DNA from: Candidatus Velthaea sp.
GTDB taxonomy: Bacteria > Vulcanimicrobiota > Vulcanimicrobiia > Vulcanimicrobiales > Vulcanimicrobiaceae
DNA: 64,000 nt
Reading direction: 5' to 3'
Assembly (NCBI GenBank): GCA_965214935.1
Contig: CBDCCS010000011.1
Location: 64,001 to 128,000 of the forward strand
Shown here piece after piece: positions 58,635-64,000 of this stretch. Position numbers and translations under genes: made by a program. The notes beneath the pieces were generated by a model that had not been told where the DNA came from, did not search any database, and was given only the letters and a program-made list of their open reading frames with translations. How positions within the stretch are numbered: the first letter of the stretch is position 1; every line of letters begins with the position of its first letter.

Positions 58635-59479
58635 TTGTTAAACGCTTCGGCGCAGCGAACGTGCCGGTCGCTGCGTTCGGCCAAGGAAGCTGGAATACGC
58701 CCTTGCGCGGGACGGCTGCACAAGACGCCAAACGCGCCCTTCAACGCGGCGTCGAACTCGGGATGACGCACATCGATACGGCTGAAATGTACGGTGACGG
58801 CGGCTCCGAGCGGCTGATCGGCGAGGCGATCAGCGGCCTGCCGCGCGAAGCGCTGTTCATCGTCTCAAAAGTATTGCCGTCGAATGCAACCTACGGCGGA
58901 ACGATCGCGGCCTGCGAAGCCTCACTCAAGCGCTTGGGTTGCGACTATCTCGATGCGTATTTGTTGCATTGGCGCGGCAGCGTTCCGCTGCGCGAAACGA
59001 TGCGCGCGATGGAACGGCTCGTTGCGGACGGCAAGATCCGTGCGCTGGGTGTCAGCAACTTCGACGTCGACGATCTGCGTGAAGCGCAGGCTGCGCTCGA
59101 ACGTGAAGTGCTGGCCTGCAATCAAGTGCTTTATCATCTCGGCGAGCGCACGATCGAAGCGCACGAAATCGAGTTTTGCCGCGCCAACGACATCGCCGTC
59201 GTCGCCTACACACCGTTCGGCCGCGGCGACTATGAAGATCGGCCCGGCTTCAGCGTCCTCGAAGCGATCGCCCAGCAGCACGGTGCGACCGTGCGCGGGG
59301 TTATTCTCGCGTTTCTGACCCGCGATCCGCTTACGTTCAGCATCCCCAAAGCGGCGTCGGTAGCGCACGTCGAGGAAAATGCGCGGGCCGCGAACGTTGC
59401 GCTCGATGCCGCTCAAATTGCGGCAATCGACGCTGCGTTTCCGGTGCATCGGCGCCGCGGTGGACTACCGTCGCTTTGA
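58631..59479 (+). CDS. aldo/keto reductase
   Basis: IDTAEMYG, VSKVLP, LLHW, GVSNF, NQVLY and IPKA. Confidence 0.93.
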   Translation: MIVKRFGAANVPVAAFGQGSWNTPLRGTAAQDAKRALQRGVELGMTHIDTAEMYGDGGSERLIGEAISGLPREALFIVSKVLPSNATYGGTIAACEASLKRLGCDYLDAYLLHWRGSVPLRETMRAMERLVADGKIRALGVSNFDVDDLREAQAALEREVLACNQVLYHLGERTIEAHEIEFCRANDIAVVAYTPFGRGDYEDRPGFSVLEAIAQQHGATVRGVILAFLTRDPLTFSIPKAASVAHVEENARAANVALDAAQIAAIDAAFPVHRRRGGLPSL

Positions 59480-60609
59480 ACCTCGATCGCGCGGCGGTCA
59501 TCGCCGCAGCGCGTAGCGCCGGTGCCGATGCCGTCCGCATCGCGCCGGCCGATGCGCTCCTGCCGACGCGTGACGCGCTGAGCGCGGCGTTCGCGCGCGG
59601 CGATCTTGCGACATGGCCGTACGACGCGGCGTATGCTTCGCGCGCGGCCGACCCGCGAACGCTGCTGGCGGATGCCCGCAGCGTTATCTGCATCGCTGTT
59701 GCGTACGCGACGCCGGCTGCGCGATCTCCGGCGCGCGGGCGCGGCCGCGTCTCGAACTATGCCTGGTCGGCCGATTATCATCGCAAGCTGCGCGCGGTAC
59801 TCGGGCAGATTGCCGCAGCGATCGATGCACTGGCCGGCGAGCCGGTGACGGCGGTCGCCTGCGATACCGCGCCGATTGCCGAACGGGCGTTTGCCGAGCG
59901 CGCGGGACTCGGCTGGATCGGCAAACATACCAACCTGATCGCGCCGGGCATCGGCTCGTTCGTTTTCTTAGGCGAGGTGGTGACGTCGCTGAGCCTCGCG
60001 CCGGACGCGCCGCTGCGCAAGACGTGCGGCGCCTGCCGGCGCTGCGTCGACGCGTGTCCGACCGGCGCGTTGCGCGGTGATTACACGATCGATGCAACGC
60101 GCTGCATCTCCGACTTGACGCAACGCAAAGATCCGATCCCGCGCGCCTTACGCGCGATGTGCGGCGACTGGGTGTGGGGCTGCGACCTATGCCAAGACGT
60201 CTGCCCGCCGACACGCCGCGGGCGTTTCGGATCGGCTGATTTCGCACCGCTCGACCAAGAAGCCGCCGCGCCGCCTCTGGCGACGCTCTTGAGTTTGCGC
60301 AGTGCGGATTTTAGACGGCGCTACGCGCGCACCGCGATGGGTTGGCGCGGCGCAGCGACGCTACGCCGCAACGCGGCGGTTGCGCTTGGCAACGGGCTTG
60401 ACCGGGCCGACGTGCCGGCGCTGGGCGTTGCGCTCAGCGACGACGTCAACGCCGGCGTGCGCGGCCACGCGGCTTGGGCGCTCGGCCGCATCGGCTCGCC
60501 GCAGGCCCGAGTGCTGCTTGCCGGCGCGCGCGAACGCGAGACGGATTCCTGGGTGCAGTCTGAGATTGCGGCGGCACTGGAACCGGCAACGATCGTGCCC
60601 GCGTTGTAG
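59476..60609 (+). CDS. queG: tRNA epoxyqueuosine reductase
   Basis: YAW..DYH, GLGWIGK, CGACRRCVDACPTGA, GCDLCQDVCP; HEAT-like C-terminus. Confidence 0.93.
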   Translation: MNLDRAAVIAAARSAGADAVRIAPADALLPTRDALSAAFARGDLATWPYDAAYASRAADPRTLLADARSVICIAVAYATPAARSPARGRGRVSNYAWSADYHRKLRAVLGQIAAAIDALAGEPVTAVACDTAPIAERAFAERAGLGWIGKHTNLIAPGIGSFVFLGEVVTSLSLAPDAPLRKTCGACRRCVDACPTGALRGDYTIDATRCISDLTQRKDPIPRALRAMCGDWVWGCDLCQDVCPPTRRGRFGSADFAPLDQEAAAPPLATLLSLRSADFRRRYARTAMGWRGAATLRRNAAVALGNGLDRADVPALGVALSDDVNAGVRGHAAWALGRIGSPQARVLLAGARERETDSWVQSEIAAALEPATIVPAL

Positions 60610-60615
60610 CACGTG

Positions 60616-61260
60616 ATGATCATTCGCCGCACGTGCCTTTCGCTCGCCGTCGCCCTCGCGTTGAGCGCCGCGCCGTCGCTTGCCGACGACACCGCTCCGT
60701 CCGCCGTAAACGACGTTTACGCGCGCATGCAGCGCGTCAACACCAATCTCGGCTCGTACCAGGCGGACGTTACCGTGGCGATCCTCACCCATGGTCCACC
60801 GTTCATCAGCCCGACCTTGCAAGGCAAAGTCTATTATAAAAAGCCCGATAAAAATGCGGTGGTATTCGATACCGTTCCGTTTATCGCACAACAAGCAAAA
60901 CATGTCGTCGCACAACTCGAGCCGCCCGCCCAATGGCCGCAACTCTACGATGTTACGCCGGTTTCCGATGACGGTACGACGGCAAACTTCCGGCTAGTCC
61001 GCAAAAAGGCCGGCCGGATCGATCACGTCGACGTTAAAGTCGACGATAAAACGGCGACCGTTACGGCGATGGTCTATTTTTATCGCGACAACGGCGGGAC
61101 GATCGCGTTTGCGCAATCCTACGATCGAGTCGGCGACGACTATGTCGTCAAGCAGCAAAGCGGCAAAGTCGACATCCCGCATTACAATGCCGATGTGACG
61201 TCGACGTTTTCGCATTACGAGCTCAACGTCGCCGTGCCCGATACGGTCTTTGATCCGTAA
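60616..61260 (+). CDS. exported LolA-fold-like protein
   Basis: Signal peptide (SLA-DD); beta-rich; GKVYYKKPD; C-terminal N...PDTVF. Confidence 0.55.
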   Translation: MIIRRTCLSLAVALALSAAPSLADDTAPSAVNDVYARMQRVNTNLGSYQADVTVAILTHGPPFISPTLQGKVYYKKPDKNAVVFDTVPFIAQQAKHVVAQLEPPAQWPQLYDVTPVSDDGTTANFRLVRKKAGRIDHVDVKVDDKTATVTAMVYFYRDNGGTIAFAQSYDRVGDDYVVKQQSGKVDIPHYNADVTSTFSHYELNVAVPDTVFDP

Positions 61261-61335
61261 CGCTCGCGCGCAGCGTTGCCGGCCGCGGTTGGGAACCTCA
61301 CAGGCGGGCTCATGCCGGGCGGGAATCTTCTGCGT

Positions 61336-62346
61336 ATGATCGACCTGGTGGAGCGGCTCGCGCCGCTGGCGGATCAGTTCAATCGGCCGATAACGTATCT
61401 GCGTATTTCGGTCACCGACCGCTGCAATTTGCGCTGCGTTTATTGCATGCCCGAGGCCGGTTTGCCGTGGATCACTAAGCCGGACATTTTGAGCTTCGAG
61501 GAGATCGAGGCGATCGTGCGGGCCGCTGCATTCGTCGGGGTACGCAGCATCCGGCTGACCGGAGGCGAACCGCTGGTTCGGCGCGGTATCACCGAACTCG
61601 TCGCGCGTCTGCACGCAATTCCCGGCATCGACGATATCGCTCTCTCGACGAACGGCTTGTTGCTGGCCGACCTGGCCGCTCCCTTACGCGCGGCCGGTTT
61701 GCGCCGGGTAAACGTCTCGCTCGATACGTTACGTGCAGAACGGTTTACGGCGATTGCCCGGCGCCCGGGTTTGGAGCGCGTCCTCGCCGGCATCGACGCT
61801 GCGCTTGCCGCCGGACTGGCACCGCTCAAACTGAACTGCGTGGTCATGCGCGGGCAAAACGACGACGAAGTGCTTGCGTTCGCCGAATTAACGCGACGCC
61901 GCGCGGTCTACGTCCGGTTCATCGAAATGATGCCGGTTGTCGATAATGCGGTGCTGCAACGCGACGCATATGTATCGGCAAGCGAAATTTTAACGCGGAT
62001 CGGCGAACGGAGTGCGTTGCTCCCCGTCGCCGGACCGGGCGGCAACGGACCGGCACGGTATTTTGCATTTCGCGATGCCGCCGGCGCAGTCGGCGTCATA
62101 TCGCCGTTATCGCATGAGTATTGCCAGACATGCAATCGGGTGCGACTGGCGGCCGACGGCCGCTTGCGGTTATGTCTGTTCGGCGACAATGCAATCGACT
62201 TGCGGACGCCGCTGCGCGCGGGCGCTTCGCGCGAAGATCTCGCCGCCATCTTCCGCGGCGCGATGTTCGTGAAGCCCGAGCGGCATCATCTCGACCTCGG
62301 CCGGCCCGCGAGCGCGATGCGCGCACTTAGTGAAATCGGCGGCTAA
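61336..62346 (+). CDS. moaA: GTP 3',8-cyclase (radical SAM)
   Basis: YLRISVTDRCNLRCVYCMP, TGGEP, CQTCNRVRL...CLF, C-terminal IGG. Confidence 0.97.
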   Translation: MIDLVERLAPLADQFNRPITYLRISVTDRCNLRCVYCMPEAGLPWITKPDILSFEEIEAIVRAAAFVGVRSIRLTGGEPLVRRGITELVARLHAIPGIDDIALSTNGLLLADLAAPLRAAGLRRVNVSLDTLRAERFTAIARRPGLERVLAGIDAALAAGLAPLKLNCVVMRGQNDDEVLAFAELTRRRAVYVRFIEMMPVVDNAVLQRDAYVSASEILTRIGERSALLPVAGPGGNGPARYFAFRDAAGAVGVISPLSHEYCQTCNRVRLAADGRLRLCLFGDNAIDLRTPLRAGASREDLAAIFRGAMFVKPERHHLDLGRPASAMRALSEIGG

Positions 62347-62363
62347 ACATACCGGCGCGGCGT

Positions 62364-62873
62364 CTATTCGTCATCGTGGATACCGCTCAGATCTTCGGTC
62401 CGCGAACGCGAGCGCAGCATTGTGATTGAAAGGACGAAAGCCAGCACGACGCCGGTGAGAATCGCCAGCTCGACCGACGAGTTCTGACTCAAATTCGACG
62501 ATGCTTTCGGGCCCTGCACTTCACCGACGGTTATGACCAGGATGCGCCGGATGACCGCGATGAGTCCCACGATGAGAAATGGTTCGGCGGACAGAACCAC
62601 GCCGCGCAACGAGAGCATCACGGTATAGGCAAGTTCGACGACCATGAGCACGAGCAGAACGACGTCGAGGAACGCCGCGCCCGCTGCCATCGTTTCGCCG
62701 CTCGGACTGATCGCCAGCGCCCACAACACGACGAGCGCGCGCGCGAGCAAGGCAAAGGCCGCGGCGAACAGCATCGCGCCGATGATGAAGAAGATCACCC
62801 GCTCGACCATGCGCAAGGAGCGGACGCCCAGCCGCACAGCTCGCGATGTTTGGCGCGGTGCCGCCGCACTCAT
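62364..62873 (-). CDS. PsiE-family membrane protein
   Basis: LLVLMVVEL..TV, EPFLIVGLIAVIRRILVI. Confidence 0.8.
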   Translation of the reverse strand: MSAAAPRQTSRAVRLGVRSLRMVERVIFFIIGAMLFAAAFALLARALVVLWALAISPSGETMAAGAAFLDVVLLVLMVVELAYTVMLSLRGVVLSAEPFLIVGLIAVIRRILVITVGEVQGPKASSNLSQNSSVELAILTGVVLAFVLSITMLRSRSRTEDLSGIHDDE

Positions 62874-63003
62874 CGCGGGCGCCGCCGATCGGTTTGCATG
62901 CGACTCACGCGGCTACGTTTCAAGCGAACGAGGCCGCACCCTGTACCCTGCGCGGCCGACGGAATGTGGGTAAGTCTCGCCGAGGGAGAATGAGGAACGA
63001 CTT

Positions 63004-63471
63004 ATGATTACATCACGTTTGTTGCTGAGCACGGCTGCGCTCGCCGCGCTGCTCGTGACCGGTTGCGCGAAGGGCGATACGACGGGCTCGAATGTGTCGT
63101 CATCGACGACGGCGTCGGCTGCGCCCGCGGCGAGCAGCGATGCATCGAGCGGAACTGCAATGACGACATCGTCGCCCGGTGCATCATCTACCACGGCAGA
63201 TTCGCAAGCTCATAGCGCGGCGGTCTCCGTAGCGAGCGGCGACGCAACCCACGGCGGCACGATCTTCAGCGCGAACTGCGCGAGCTGTCACGGAGCCAAC
63301 GGCGCCGGCGGCGGTATCGGTCCGTCACTTAAGGGTGAGAAGAGCCGCAAGGATATGGCTGCTGCGATCGCTTGGATCAAGAACCCGCAGGCACCGATGC
63401 CCAAGCTCTACCCGGCGCCGCTTTCCGAAAAAGATGTTAGCGATGTGGCGGCGTACGTCGAATCGCTTTAA
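63004..63471 (+). CDS. c-type cytochrome lipoprotein
   Basis: Lipobox VTGC; Ser/Thr/Ala linker; CASCH heme motif; distal MP. Confidence 0.9.
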   Translation: MITSRLLLSTAALAALLVTGCAKGDTTGSNVSSSTTASAAPAASSDASSGTAMTTSSPGASSTTADSQAHSAAVSVASGDATHGGTIFSANCASCHGANGAGGGIGPSLKGEKSRKDMAAAIAWIKNPQAPMPKLYPAPLSEKDVSDVAAYVESL

Positions 63472-63523
63472 TCGTTAGACGCTAGAACAGGTACAGGGGC
63501 GCGATCGGGCGGAATCGCGCTCC

Positions 63524-64000
63524 ATGACGGCCTCCGGCGCGCGCCCGAACCGCTCGCTGTTCGTCTTCACGCGGGACCTGCGTCTCGGCGATCATGCGGG
63601 TCTGGCTGCTGCCGCGCGTTTCGGTACCGTCTATCCGGTGTTGATCGTCGATCCGGCCGCCGCGGGCCGGCTACGGCGTTGCGCGCGCCGGGCGGCGTTT
63701 TATTGCGCGGCAGTCGCGGCGCTTGACCGGGATTTACGTGCGCGCGGCTCGCGCTTAATTGTTGCGCGCGGACCGGCCGGCCCGATGTTGCTGCGTCTTG
63801 CGCGCCGCTTCGCGGCCGGCACCGCCGTTTGGACCTACGATTACGATGCCGACTCGTTGCTTGGCGCTCGCGACTTGCAGTCGGTGCTCGAAGAGGCGGG
63901 CCTACGCGCGATCGTCGTTCACGATGCGCCGGTTGTTGCGCCCGAAGATGAAAGCGCCGTTAACGCGCGCGGCGACGGATATCGCGCGTTCGCACCGTAT
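63524..64000 (+). CDS. DNA photolyase/cryptochrome family protein (partial, runs off window)
   Basis: Manual translation: FVFTRDLRLGDHAGL...L...LRARGSRLIV..G, Y..FAPY. Confidence 0.8.
   Translation, partial: MTASGARPNRSLFVFTRDLRLGDHAGLAAAARFGTVYPVLIVDPAAAGRLRRCARRAAFYCAAVAALDRDLRARGSRLIVARGPAGPMLLRLARRFAAGTAVWTYDYDADSLLGARDLQSVLEEAGLRAIVVHDAPVVAPEDESAVNARGDGYRAFAPY

Overview
GC-rich bacterial chromosomal window with mostly housekeeping genes. A Terrabacteria-type RpoB, a GAAC-N4-GTTC LexA box and an outer-membrane TonB-dependent receptor together suggest a diderm Terrabacteria lineage such as Vulcanimicrobiota/Ca. Eremiobacterota (inference only). In order, it contains: a truncated kdpD; kdpFABC plus an extra 29-aa peptide; a Ni/Co transporter-DUF4331-TPR operon; a fasciclin gene; a ~1.7-kb ORF-poor, hairpin-rich, degenerately repeated spacer; a stand-alone rpoB (no rpoC) with a long acidic tail; ABC-F; SOS-boxed alkB; an M16 peptidase and a TonB receptor; rplKA and rplJL split by a GNAT gene; tRNA-Gly and tRNA-Cys; hisF/hisIE; recG-HAD-rsmD-coaD; phoU; moaD/moaE/moeB/moaA; queG; and a partial photolyase. 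The most striking element, missed by the ORF track, is a pair of near-identical 22-aa peptide genes (MELL[M/V]H[I/V]ANI[V/I]AIAMHLPPACG). They lie between a MalT-like ATPase/LuxR regulator and an HD-GYP phosphodiesterase, with repeated operator-like motifs upstream, and form a candidate peptide-signalling module. No CRISPR array, integrase or transposase was seen.
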